Assembly: GCA_965223335.1 (NCBI GenBank)
Contig: OZ244991.1
Coordinates: forward strand, 2,112,001 to 2,176,000
Reading direction: 5' to 3'
DNA: 64,000 nt
Source: Thermodesulfobacteriota bacterium
GTDB lineage: Bacteria > Desulfobacterota_D > UBA1144 > Nemesobacterales > UBA2774
Shown here: in pieces, positions 37,785 through 47,360 of the stretch
Layout: each line of letters begins with the position of its first letter
How positions within the stretch are numbered: the first letter of the stretch is position 1
The notes under the pieces: generated by a model
Databases searched by the model: none
Told to the model about the DNA's origin: nothing
Seen by the model: only the letters and a program-made list of their open reading frames with translations
Position numbers and translations under genes: made by a program

Positions 37785-38549
37785 TCAGTCGTCATCGTCA
37801 TCGTGATCATCATCGTCCTCCTCGTGCTCATCGTGGCGACCCTCTGATTCGTGTTCATCTTTGTCTTCCGCTTCACCAAGTGTAAGCTCTGTGCCGGCTA
37901 AATTCAAAGTCCGGGTGCTTGGATCATAGTTAGTAAACATGTAGCCCGTCCAAGATGCAAAAAGAATAACAAAAATTATAAGAGCAGCTGGTCTATTGCT
38001 TGAAATGCCTGGGGTGTCGGAACTTGTATCCTTTTTGCCGTCTAGCATGCTTGACCATAGGGAATCGCGGTGTTTAAGCGAGTGAAAGACGATACCGACC
38101 AGGTGCAGAATAACGGTGACCAGGAATATATTGACCAGCAGCTCGTGGACCTCTTCGAGGAAGTCGCTCTCGCCGCCAGTAACCATTAAAATGCCCGTGA
38201 ATGCGAGCCCCATAGCACACGCAAACATGACCATGGCCGCGTAGCTCGAAGCCGGGTTGTGACCCAGGTAGGACCTGGTTTTAGAGAAGACTGCGTCTTT
38301 AAAGTACTGGATGAGCTCGATGGGGTTTAGTCTAAAGCTTGAAAAGCGTGCGCTGCGCGAGCCGATCAGGCCCCACACGAGTCTTAGAACCAGTAAAAAC
38401 GCAATGCCGAGCCCTGCGATCATGTGATAGCTAAAGAGCCGGCTTTCGTCATCCACGGTCTTGCCGATGACAAAAGCGATGACAAACAGCAGAGCAAAAG
38501 CCCAGTGAAAAAAGCGTGTTGGCAGGTCGTAAACGGAGTATTTTTTCAT
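37785..38549 (-). CDS. Cytochrome b/b6 (Ni-hydrogenase cyt b-like) protein with His/Asp-rich tail
   Basis: DLPTRFFHW, H..AG, RLVWG..G...ARF, GHNP, EVHE, LHLVG; acidic/His tail. Confidence 0.85.
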   Translation of the reverse strand: MKKYSVYDLPTRFFHWAFALLFVIAFVIGKTVDDESRLFSYHMIAGLGIAFLLVLRLVWGLIGSRSARFSSFRLNPIELIQYFKDAVFSKTRSYLGHNPASSYAAMVMFACAMGLAFTGILMVTGGESDFLEEVHELLVNIFLVTVILHLVGIVFHSLKHRDSLWSSMLDGKKDTSSDTPGISSNRPAALIIFVILFASWTGYMFTNYDPSTRTLNLAGTELTLGEAEDKDEHESEGRHDEHEEDDDDHDDDDD

Positions 38550-38794
38550 GATAAACCTCCTCGTAATTAGCTTCTAGTACTAAATATAGGGAAGGAGAGT
38601 GAAATTAACATCGGACAAATGATGTATATGGCCGGATTTAGTGTGTTTGGTGTATGAAGGGGGTGGGAGTTATGATGGAGCGGGTTTTGGATAGCAATAT
38701 ATGACTGAAATGTGATATATAAAGATATGGGTTAACCTAATTAGAAAGCTTTCCGTTTAGAGGACGGGTTGCACTGCTGGTTTTAGGTGTGTGA

Positions 38795-39589
38795 TTGCAG
38801 GAGGGTAGAAACAGCATGGAAAGTATAGTAATAAGCCTTATCATTTTTGCGGTCGTATTCGGGGGATCTTTACTGGGGATGGCCTATCGATCCCTGCTAT
38901 CAGAACATCACCTTAACGAAGATTCCAAGACTTTTGTATTAACCATAGGGCTTGAACTGGCTGGGGTTGTAGCTGCGTTGGTATTGGCTTTGGCGGTTAC
39001 GGGGGCACAGAATTCCTTTAATGAACAGCGTAAGGAGCTAATGAGCATATCCTCACAAATTATTATGGTCGATCAACTCCTTAAGGAGTATGGAGCGGAA
39101 TCGGGAGAAATAAGAGAGAGTCTAAAAAGTCTTTTAATACGTGGGCTTAACACATTCTGGCCAAAGGAGAATGACGGCAATGAGCTTTCGGGGTTGAGAC
39201 TGGCGTCAACGGATGGAGAGCCCCTTTATCTGATGGTAATGAAGCTTGAACCCACAAGCGCATCGCAGCGTTTATTGAAGGACGAGGCGCTTCGGTTGAG
39301 TTACGACCTGGAACAGACAAGTAATCTCTTGTTTGTGCAGAATTATAAATACATACCAAAGACATTTATCATAGTGCTTACCTTGCTGGCCATGTGGTTC
39401 TTGTTTATTTTCTTTAGTATCGGTATCTATGCGCCTTTGAATACGACTGTAATCATTGCGTTGGTTTTATCTTCCCTATCCATTGCTATAGCATTTTTTA
39501 TGATCATCGATCTAAATCTGCCCTTCGATGGTATACTCCGCATGCCTAGTGCCCCCGTTGAAGAAGCTCTCAGGGCGATTGGGAAATGA
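38795..39589 (+). CDS. DUF4239/bestrophin-like membrane protein
   Basis: Four TM pattern, ALVLAL..AQNSF, IIDLNLPFDG. Start probably ATG 38816. Confidence 0.7.
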   Translation: MQEGRNSMESIVISLIIFAVVFGGSLLGMAYRSLLSEHHLNEDSKTFVLTIGLELAGVVAALVLALAVTGAQNSFNEQRKELMSISSQIIMVDQLLKEYGAESGEIRESLKSLLIRGLNTFWPKENDGNELSGLRLASTDGEPLYLMVMKLEPTSASQRLLKDEALRLSYDLEQTSNLLFVQNYKYIPKTFIIVLTLLAMWFLFIFFSIGIYAPLNTTVIIALVLSSLSIAIAFFMIIDLNLPFDGILRMPSAPVEEALRAIGK

Positions 39590-39616
39590 TCTTGGTGAGT
39601 AGGATTTGGTGAAACA

Positions 39617-40603
39617 TCAATCTGATTGAAACGGGAACACCTGTTTCCAGTCCTTTTTCATATCCACTACAGTCCAGCCGTTTTTCTCTGCGTGCTCGAG
39701 TGCTTTGTCGAGCCTGCCGATGTGGGAGTCGCGGTCGTAAACCCATTCGCGCTTAGGGTCGGTGTGGCGGACTAAAAGCGCAAAACTGGGGCCCTCGCCT
39801 GCATGGGTCCATTGGAGCATCTGGAGGTCGCCGTCAGAGTTGCCGAATGCAGCTATGGGGCGTTTGCCTATGTGTTTGTTGATGCCTACGGGTTTGCCCT
39901 CTTTATCGTTTATGAAATCGATCTCGGCCTCTCGTATTAATACCGGTTTGTCATCACGGAACTCGAGCTTGTTTTTAATGCTGCTGCCCACAACCTGCTC
40001 GGGTGGGATGCCGTAAACTTCTTCTGTCCATGGGCGCATGAATTCTATGCCACCGCCGGACACTATGTAGGTCTTGAACCCATTAGCACGCAGGTATGCG
40101 AGGAGTTCAAGCATTGGCTGGTACACAAGCTCGGTGTAGAGACGGTCGAAACGGGGATGTTTTGCGGTGGCCAGCCACTTCTCTACAATAGCTTCAAACT
40201 CGGCCTCGGACATCCCGGCGTGTGTGGCCATGATAAGCTCTGCGATGCCCTTATAGCCGATGGCGGCTAGTGCCTCTTTGTCATTTTCAAGCACAGCCTT
40301 GTAGGGCTGCTGGGTCTTCCAGTCGGGATTGGAGTCGGATAGTGCATGTATGCGGTCTTTTACAAATGCTAGTTGGAAATATATGGGCTGCTCGGCCCAA
40401 AGAGTGCCATCGTTGTCAAATGTAGCAATACGGTCCTCGGGCTTTACAAATGTCTTGCTTGTGGGATCGGAGACCTGCTCTACAAAGCTTATTATAGAAC
40501 GTTTGGCTGCACCATCGTTCCAGGACGGCAGCGGGTCGTCGGCCTTAACGCTAAAGGGAAGCGAAACAAACAAGAAAATAGCTAGGGTTAGGATTGTTTT
40601 CAT
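39617..40603 (-). CDS. Exported HAD-family hydrolase (acid phosphatase-like)
   Basis: LPSWNDG, FDNDGTLW, IVSGGG, GNSDGD. Confidence 0.88.
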   Translation of the reverse strand: MKTILTLAIFLFVSLPFSVKADDPLPSWNDGAAKRSIISFVEQVSDPTSKTFVKPEDRIATFDNDGTLWAEQPIYFQLAFVKDRIHALSDSNPDWKTQQPYKAVLENDKEALAAIGYKGIAELIMATHAGMSEAEFEAIVEKWLATAKHPRFDRLYTELVYQPMLELLAYLRANGFKTYIVSGGGIEFMRPWTEEVYGIPPEQVVGSSIKNKLEFRDDKPVLIREAEIDFINDKEGKPVGINKHIGKRPIAAFGNSDGDLQMLQWTHAGEGPSFALLVRHTDPKREWVYDRDSHIGRLDKALEHAEKNGWTVVDMKKDWKQVFPFQSD

Positions 40604-40670
40604 GATTGCTCTCCACGAACAAAGTGCATTACGGTTTGGGATTTAAACTATTGCACCTGCCTTATTGAGA

Positions 40671-40708
40671 ACGAACGGCTATCGTCTATCTAAACAATAG
40701 CCGTCCGT
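40671..40708. terminator. Intergenic stem-loop downstream of the arylsulfatase
   Basis: ACGAACGGCTAT..ATAGCCGTCCGT inverted repeat; the U-tract is weak. Confidence 0.35.
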
Positions 40709-40722
40709 GATTTAAGACTTTG

Positions 40723-42291
40723 TTAAGGTGACACCGGTGCGTCTTTTAGTTTCTCAAGTACTTGGTCAACCGAGAAGCTTGCAGCTTTTTGCTTCGGGGG
40801 AAATTCCTTTAAAGTGGCTAAAAACTTGGCCACATAATCCTGGGCAGGGATCAGTAAAAATACGTGGTCTAGGTACCAGTCGTAGTAAGTGTTTGAGGTA
40901 AGGTTGGCGCGCTCGTATGGGTCGCGTCTGAGGTTGAAAAGCAGGGGTAAGCGTAGTGGAATAAATGGTTCTGCCCATATGCCCAGTGTCCCTGTTTTGC
41001 GCTGTTCTGCAAAGATCAGTTTCCAGTCCTCGTACCTAAGAGCTGTTAGGTCGCCGTCGTCGGAGAAGTAAAAAATCTCTTGACGGGGGCTTACTTCGGT
41101 CTCGCCTGTAAGTAATGGGAGTGCGTTGTAGCCGTCTAGGTGGACTTTATAACTTTTGCCGTTTAGGGATGTTCCTTTTTTAAGCTGTTCTTTTATGTCG
41201 GGGTTGCCGGCAATTGCTGCAAATGTAGGCAGCCAGTCCATGTGATGCATTATGCCGTTCGATACAGTGCCGGGTTCTATTTTCCCGGGCCAGCGCACAG
41301 CGGCGGGTACGCGCCATCCGCCCTCCCAGTTGGTGTTTTTCTCGCCCCTAAACGGAGTCATAGCAGCGTCGGGCCATGAGTTCATGTGCGGGCCGTTATC
41401 GGTGCTGTAAAATACAATAGTATTATCGGCTATGCCGAGTTCATCGAGTTTTTTAAGGAACTCTCCGATGTGCATGTCGTGCTCGACCATGCCGTCTGAG
41501 TACTCGTCTTGGCCAGAGATGCCCCTTAGTTCGGATTTTACGTGAGTTCGTAGATGCATCCTGGTGCCGTTCCACCATACAAAAAACGGTTTGCCTTCTT
41601 TGTGAGCTTCCTCAATGAACTCTAGCGCACGTTTTACAGTCTCGTCGTCTACGGTCTCCATGCGCTTTTTGGTAAGTGGTCCGGTATCTTCGATTTCCCC
41701 ACCTGCATAGCTGTGAATTACTCCGCGGGGGCCATATTTCTTGCGGAAATCAGGATATTTTTCCGGATCGGGATAGTCGGGGAGCTCGGGCTCTTCCTCT
41801 GCATTCAGATGGTATAGATTGCCGTAGAATTCATCGAATCCATGGTTCGTGGGCAGGTGCTCGTCTTTGTCACCAAGGTGGTTCTTGCCGAACTGGCCAG
41901 TGACATAACCATTGGCTTTCAATACCGTAGCAATAGTCGGGTCTGACTCCTGCATGCCAAGCTCTGCGCCAGGAAGGCCTACCTTGCTAAGCCCTGTACG
42001 GATCACACTCTGGCCGGTAATAAACGATGCTCGCCCGGCTGTACAGCTTTGCTCGCCGTAGTAGTCGGTAAAAATCATCCCTTCACTAGCTATGCGGTCT
42101 ATATTCGGAGTGCGATAACCCATTAGTCCACGTGAATTAAAGCTTACGTTAGTCATGCCGATATCATCGCCCCAAACAACTAAAATATTAGGTTTTTTGT
42201 TGTTTTCCTCCTCTTCCTGGGCTTTGAGATCGGGTAAATATACGATCATGAAAAGTGTAATAGAAAACACAACAAACAATACTTTCCTCAT
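40723..42291 (-). CDS. Arylsulfatase (Cys-type, formylglycine-dependent)
   Basis: KPNILVVWGDD, SCTAGR (CxPxR-like), GKNHLG, TDNG. Confidence 0.93.
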   Translation of the reverse strand: MRKVLFVVFSITLFMIVYLPDLKAQEEEENNKKPNILVVWGDDIGMTNVSFNSRGLMGYRTPNIDRIASEGMIFTDYYGEQSCTAGRASFITGQSVIRTGLSKVGLPGAELGMQESDPTIATVLKANGYVTGQFGKNHLGDKDEHLPTNHGFDEFYGNLYHLNAEEEPELPDYPDPEKYPDFRKKYGPRGVIHSYAGGEIEDTGPLTKKRMETVDDETVKRALEFIEEAHKEGKPFFVWWNGTRMHLRTHVKSELRGISGQDEYSDGMVEHDMHIGEFLKKLDELGIADNTIVFYSTDNGPHMNSWPDAAMTPFRGEKNTNWEGGWRVPAAVRWPGKIEPGTVSNGIMHHMDWLPTFAAIAGNPDIKEQLKKGTSLNGKSYKVHLDGYNALPLLTGETEVSPRQEIFYFSDDGDLTALRYEDWKLIFAEQRKTGTLGIWAEPFIPLRLPLLFNLRRDPYERANLTSNTYYDWYLDHVFLLIPAQDYVAKFLATLKEFPPKQKAASFSVDQVLEKLKDAPVSP

Positions 42292-42359
42292 TTCTAAAAC
42301 CTCCTCGACTAATTATTTATGTGCATCTAAGACTTAACTTGATTTCATTAATACATTGA

Positions 42360-43454
42360 TCATAACCAAAATGAGTAGAAAAGAACAAGTATAAGCATAA
42401 TCGGATATACAATCCGGGACCATTTGATGATTTTTTTAAGAGACTGATCCTCGTTGCGTTTTACCATATTTGTGGTTTTAACGGTTTGGAGAAGGCTGGC
42501 GAAAACCAAGATAGTGGAGAGAATGATAAACTTGTCCATCCGCGTAAGGTAAGAGACACGGGGCAATAAAAAGGTCATAGCAAAATAGTAGGCCACCAAA
42601 GTTAAGAACGCAGTGGCGGCTATCCCGAGATTGGAACCGATTTCCTTTTGATCGGTCCATAGTGGGACCCAAGACATCATTACTATAAGACAAAGGGGGA
42701 TGATCATCTTGGCCAAGTAGTAGAGCACGCGTCGTCCCACTTCGATCTCCATTTGGAACCCTGCTGTGCCAATCTCGCCTTCAAAGGGTGTGTAGGGCAT
42801 TGGTACTGCTTTCCACGATAGGATCTCAAAATCCGGAAGTGAGAACTTGCTGGCAATACCCGATCTCCTGCCGGCATCTCTGGTGAGAGGCACCAGTTTT
42901 ACTTCGTCCTCAAGCAGACCGGCTGTGACATAGTGGATGATAAGTTTCTGTCGGTCTAGGGGGAAATCGCGTAGATCAAAAGGTTGTGAGAATGTACCCC
43001 ATGACTTCTGTCTATAGAGGACTTCGCCGTCTGGGAATATCTCTACGGTTTCGGGGAAAGTATGCCATGATTTCTGCTCGTTCACGATAACTAAATGCGG
43101 CGTCCAGACCTCAGTAGAGGGTTTGATAATGGGCCCCGAGCCCGGGTGTTTTAAAGACGCGTCGTTCCATCGGACCTCGACATATACGCTGGCGGCAAAA
43201 TTTTGTTCGGCGGAATCGACCTCATCAACATCTAATATATAGAGCAAGTACCTGAGTTCAGTTGGTTCTCCCGAGACAGTGGGACGATCCAAACGAGATT
43301 TGGAGTGTGTGGATAAGTCAGATTGCCGAGCCTCGAGTGTAGATGATTGCGTTACACTGTACTCATCATCCGATTGGCCCAGTGAGTGTGATGGTATGAA
43401 TATGAAGATTATCAATATGCTATAGATTATATGGGTCATCATTTGTCCATACAT
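42360..43454 (-). CDS. Pentameric ligand-gated ion channel (GLIC/ELIC-like)
   Basis: VWTP, DLRDFPLDRQ (Pro-loop FPxD), four C-terminal TMs with LPRVSYLTRMD. Confidence 0.85.
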   Translation of the reverse strand: MYGQMMTHIIYSILIIFIFIPSHSLGQSDDEYSVTQSSTLEARQSDLSTHSKSRLDRPTVSGEPTELRYLLYILDVDEVDSAEQNFAASVYVEVRWNDASLKHPGSGPIIKPSTEVWTPHLVIVNEQKSWHTFPETVEIFPDGEVLYRQKSWGTFSQPFDLRDFPLDRQKLIIHYVTAGLLEDEVKLVPLTRDAGRRSGIASKFSLPDFEILSWKAVPMPYTPFEGEIGTAGFQMEIEVGRRVLYYLAKMIIPLCLIVMMSWVPLWTDQKEIGSNLGIAATAFLTLVAYYFAMTFLLPRVSYLTRMDKFIILSTILVFASLLQTVKTTNMVKRNEDQSLKKIIKWSRIVYPIMLILVLFYSFWL

Positions 43455-43456
43455 CT

Positions 43457-44554
43457 TTATTTGATGTCCTTAACACACCTGAATCCCGAGTGAGAGAGAC
43501 CGGTGTCGGGGCTTGCTTTTTGCCTGAATGCCACTCTGTAGCCCGAGCAATAGGACTCGTTACAAAGGAATGAACCCCCTCTTTGCACCTTTTTTGTTGC
43601 GTATGGTTCCGCTGGATCAAAACTGTCCTCAGGGCCCTTGGGATTCACCACCCCTTCGGGCTTATTGCTAGTCTCGTAATAGTCATTTCTGTACCAATCA
43701 CCGGCCCATTCCCACACATTGCCCGCAATATCGTAAAGCCCATAGTTGTTGGGCGGGAAGGATTTGACAGGAGCTGTTACCTTAAAGCCGTCTGTACCAT
43801 TGTTAACATTGGGAAACTTTCCCTGCCAGGTGTTGGCTTTAGGTTTGCCATCGTCAATGTCTTCCGAGCCCCATGAGTAGGGCTTTTGATCCAGCCCTCC
43901 CCTTGCTGCCCACTCCCATTCTGCCTCGGTCGGTAATCTTTTGTGTGCCCATGTGCAGTACTCGTTGGCATCTAGCCACGATATGTGAACTGCGGGGTGG
44001 TTGTCCAGGCCCTCTATGCTGCTTCGGGGGCCGAGTGGGTGTTTCCAGCTGGCTCCGGGGACCCATGTCCACCAATTTGCTATATTATTTAGCGGCACCT
44101 CGTGACTGGGTGGGCTAAATACCAATGAGCCGGGCACAAGAGCGCTATCGAGGGGTTTGGGTGTGCCTTCGGGCAACTGTTTTTTGAGATCTTCCCAGTT
44201 GGGTTTTTGCTCGGCGGTGGTTTTATATTGGGACTTAGTAGTGAATTCTCTGAATTGGGCGTTTGTGACCTCGGTCTCGTCCATCCAGAACCCGTCTAGT
44301 ATTACCCTGTGTCGTGGGAGCTCGTCGGGACGCTTGAGCTCGTCATCACCTCCCATCATGTAGTCGGCGGGTGGAATCAACACCATGCCCTTCGTAGGCC
44401 CTTCGCCCTTTTTAATACTAATTATTGTATCAGATTGGGTTTGTGATTGTTCTACTTTTGCGTCACTCTCTTTGTCATCCTTGTTGCACGATATTAGAAC
44501 AGTGTTTAAGCCCAATAGTGCTATCGAAAGTATCAGAAATCTTTGTATGTCCAT
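43457..44554 (-). CDS. Formylglycine-generating enzyme (SUMF1) family lipoprotein
   Basis: EVTNAQF, RLPTEAEWEWAARGG, NVWEW, RGGSFLCNESYCSGYR, GFRC. Start set at ATG 44554 (MDIQRFL..LISC). Confidence 0.9.
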   Translation of the reverse strand: MDIQRFLILSIALLGLNTVLISCNKDDKESDAKVEQSQTQSDTIISIKKGEGPTKGMVLIPPADYMMGGDDELKRPDELPRHRVILDGFWMDETEVTNAQFREFTTKSQYKTTAEQKPNWEDLKKQLPEGTPKPLDSALVPGSLVFSPPSHEVPLNNIANWWTWVPGASWKHPLGPRSSIEGLDNHPAVHISWLDANEYCTWAHKRLPTEAEWEWAARGGLDQKPYSWGSEDIDDGKPKANTWQGKFPNVNNGTDGFKVTAPVKSFPPNNYGLYDIAGNVWEWAGDWYRNDYYETSNKPEGVVNPKGPEDSFDPAEPYATKKVQRGGSFLCNESYCSGYRVAFRQKASPDTGLSHSGFRCVKDIK

Positions 44555-44578
44555 AAAAATGTTTGTGTCCAGAATATG

Positions 44579-44730
44579 TAGGAGGGGTTGTCTAGAGGTA
44601 GATGGATTCGAGAGCAGAGGGAACAAATTATTAACTGTAAGAGATCAGTATCAATTGTCGGTCTAGAATTTCACCCATCCTAAGCTTGTGTTGGGTTGAA
44701 AATAACAAACTGGTTATTAGAAGTCAAGAA
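44579..44730 (-). promoter_or_regulatory. Promoter plus conserved structured leader, copy B (upstream of the FGE gene)
   Basis: TTGACT-17-TATTTT, TAGGATGGGTGAAAT..GATCTCTTACAGT..CAACCCCTCCTA. Confidence 0.6.
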
Positions 44731-44804
44731 TTCTGTGATTAGAGAAAAGCATTGCGATAATATGCATCGTAGCCATCAATTCTTAATGTTGTGAATATCT
44801 GTAG

Positions 44805-45428
44805 TCATTGTCTCATATTTCGTATTATTGGCTCTTTTGTCCGAAAGTGGACTTGATTGTGATTATTTATTTGATTGACACTTTCTTTTGAACTTGTTTG
44901 GTTTTTTATTACAACTTTCCATACCTTCTCAGGTGGATCTACCTGATTATTTAGGTCTCTTCTTATAGTTTGTAGTATATCGACCAGTTCTCTTTCAGTT
45001 AATTGGAGTTCTCCCATCAATTGAGTACTTAACTGAACGTATTGAGTATAATTCTTTTTTGTATGTTGGTTTGTAACAACATTGTCGATATTCGAGGTTT
45101 GGGGAGACCCGGAGTGGTTGAAACCCATAATTGCCGCCGAGGTTATTGCGGCACCCTTGTTGTTCCCATTATTCTGAGGTTTGTGGGTGCTCGTTTGCAT
45201 TTGTGTCTGCATTACCTGACCACCGACAAATATTCTCGTTGTATGTTTGTTTTCCTGCTGATACGTTGGGTTTAAGTCCGTCTGATGTTTAACACTATGA
45301 TTAATTTCCTGCATCTCTTGGTTGAGGCTCATTATCTGGTGAGCGTCTTCACTATGGACCGAATTGATACTTAGTGTTGTGAGAATAAGAAGGCCAGTTA
45401 CAAATAACGTTTTATTGAAACTGATCAT
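44805..45428 (-). CDS. Hypothetical exported Gln/Asn-rich protein
   Basis: AGGAG RBS and a signal-peptide-like N-terminus; no recognisable domain. Confidence 0.55.
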   Translation of the reverse strand: MISFNKTLFVTGLLILTTLSINSVHSEDAHQIMSLNQEMQEINHSVKHQTDLNPTYQQENKHTTRIFVGGQVMQTQMQTSTHKPQNNGNNKGAAITSAAIMGFNHSGSPQTSNIDNVVTNQHTKKNYTQYVQLSTQLMGELQLTERELVDILQTIRRDLNNQVDPPEKVWKVVIKNQTSSKESVNQINNHNQVHFRTKEPIIRNMRQ

Positions 45429-45514
45429 CTATGCACTCCTTGTTTCGGATTTGTTATATAAGTAACAGCTTGGCAATAAATGGTTCAATGCATCAATAGA
45501 TTAGGAGAGTTGTT

Positions 45515-46336
45515 TTACTTACTGCAGAAGTTGTTGATGAACTCGGCGGCGTCTTGGTCGCCAAGTTCAGAGGCCTTGGTGAGATCTGTACAGCCCTCGG
45601 TCTTTTGATCGCTAAGATACTTGGCAATCCCCCTGAAATAAAATGCCTCGGTGTAGTCGGGGCTAAGCTCAATGGCTTTGTTGAAGTCCGTAATGGCTGC
45701 TTTGTGGTCTCCCAGTTCGAATCGGGCCGAGCCCCGGCCGTAATAGGCTTGGGCTTGATTTGGGTCTAGCTCAATCCCCTTGTTAAAGTCCTGTATGGCC
45801 CCAATTTCGTTATCCATTCTGAATTTAGCAGCTGCCCGTTTGTTATAGGACATGGCAAAGGAGGGTTCCAGCTCTATGGTCTTGGAATAGTCGGCTATGG
45901 CACCTTGGTAGTCCCCAAGTGCGTCTTTGGATACCCCGCGGTTGTAGTAAGCCTCGTAGAACCCGGGGAATATCTCCAGAGCCTTGGTGAAATCCTCGAT
46001 AGCACCCTTATGGTCACCCAGCTCGTCTTTGGCTAGTCCCCTGCCGGCGTAGGGACCGGGGACATCGGGCTTGAGTTCAATGGACTTGGTGAAGTCTTCT
46101 ACAGCACCCGCATTATCGCCCAGAGCATTTTTGGCGAGCGCCCTGCCGCTATAGACCCTGGAGTTCTCGGGATCTGCCTTTACTGCCTTGTCCGAGTATT
46201 CCAGTGCCTTTTGGTAATCGCCTGTGTTCATGGCATCAGCAGCCGTTTTCATATGTTCATCGGCGGTTTGGGCGTGGGCAGGGGTAAATAGGTAAAATGA
46301 GATCAATAATGAAGCGAGTAAGGTTCTCATTATCAT
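45515..46336 (-). CDS. Exported TPR protein
   Basis: Signal peptide ending AHA-QTA, TPR units, GCTDLTKASELG cap. Start moved to ATG 46336. Confidence 0.9.
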   Translation of the reverse strand: MIMRTLLASLLISFYLFTPAHAQTADEHMKTAADAMNTGDYQKALEYSDKAVKADPENSRVYSGRALAKNALGDNAGAVEDFTKSIELKPDVPGPYAGRGLAKDELGDHKGAIEDFTKALEIFPGFYEAYYNRGVSKDALGDYQGAIADYSKTIELEPSFAMSYNKRAAAKFRMDNEIGAIQDFNKGIELDPNQAQAYYGRGSARFELGDHKAAITDFNKAIELSPDYTEAFYFRGIAKYLSDQKTEGCTDLTKASELGDQDAAEFINNFCSK

Positions 46337-46396
46337 GACTATAAATACTATTTGGTGATCTGGGAATAGCAACAGTTTTATTGTTAGACGGGATGG

Positions 46397-47317
46397 TTAT
46401 TTGCAGACCTGTTTTATCAGTTCGCCTGCCGTGGCTTCGCCCAGATCGCGGGCTTGGGCAAGGTCGCTGCACCCCTTGTTTTGGTCGCCGGTGAGCAGAT
46501 AGCTAAGCCCCCTGTTCAAGTATGCGGTTGGGTTGTTGGGAACTAGCTCAATAGACTTGGTTAGATCTTGGATGCCGCCTTGGTAGTCTTGGAGCTGTAC
46601 TTTTGCAGTTCCTCTATTAACGTATGCTGGAAAGAATTTGGGGTTAAGCTCCAGTGCCTTGCTGTAATCCTCTATAGCGCCCCGGAAATCCTTTAGTTCG
46701 TCCCTTGCAAGTCCCCTGTTGTAGTAGGCATCTATGTAGGTGGGATTTATTTCTATGGCATTGGTATAGTCCTCGATGGCACCCTTGTAATCTTGTAGTT
46801 GGGATTTTACAGACCCCCTGTTGTAGAAGGCTGTGGTGTATTGGGGGTTTAGCTCAATGGCCTTGGAATAATCCGAAACGGCACCTTTATAGTCACCTAA
46901 GGCGGACTTGGTATAGGCCCGGTTGTAGTAGCCCTTGTCGAATTTAGGATTGATCTCCAGTGATTTACTGTAGTCCTCTAGCGCTTTGTTGGTATTGCCG
47001 AGGTTTAAGTAGGTAGTGCCTCGAAATGAGTATGACTCAAAGTCCTTGGGGTTAAGCTCAACGGCTTTTGTATATGCAGTAAGTGCCCCCTTCAGATCCC
47101 CTAAATTGTATTTAGCAGTGCCTTTGGTGCGGTAGGCATCTGAGGAAGATGGGTTAAGCTCAATGGCCTGCTCGGAGTATGTCAGGGCTTCTGAGTATTT
47201 GCCCGCGTTGACAGCGTCGGAAGCTAACTTTAGGTATTCCTCGGCGGTTTGGGCGTGGGATGTACTGATGAAGCAAATGACAGCAAGCAACGAGTAAAGT
47301 GCAATCCTGATAGTCAT
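46397..47317 (-). CDS. Exported TPR protein
   Basis: SHA-QTAEEYL, TPR units, GCSDLAQARDLG cap. Confidence 0.92.
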   Translation of the reverse strand: MTIRIALYSLLAVICFISTSHAQTAEEYLKLASDAVNAGKYSEALTYSEQAIELNPSSSDAYRTKGTAKYNLGDLKGALTAYTKAVELNPKDFESYSFRGTTYLNLGNTNKALEDYSKSLEINPKFDKGYYNRAYTKSALGDYKGAVSDYSKAIELNPQYTTAFYNRGSVKSQLQDYKGAIEDYTNAIEINPTYIDAYYNRGLARDELKDFRGAIEDYSKALELNPKFFPAYVNRGTAKVQLQDYQGGIQDLTKSIELVPNNPTAYLNRGLSYLLTGDQNKGCSDLAQARDLGEATAGELIKQVCK

Positions 47318-47360
47318 GAGTATTAATACTATTTAGTGAAGTGGGAAATGCAATAGGATG

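Noticed and set aside
37785..37870. Tandem DNA repeat (TCG/TCA)n
   Set aside because: Explained by the Asp/His/Glu-rich C-terminal tail of the cytochrome b protein.
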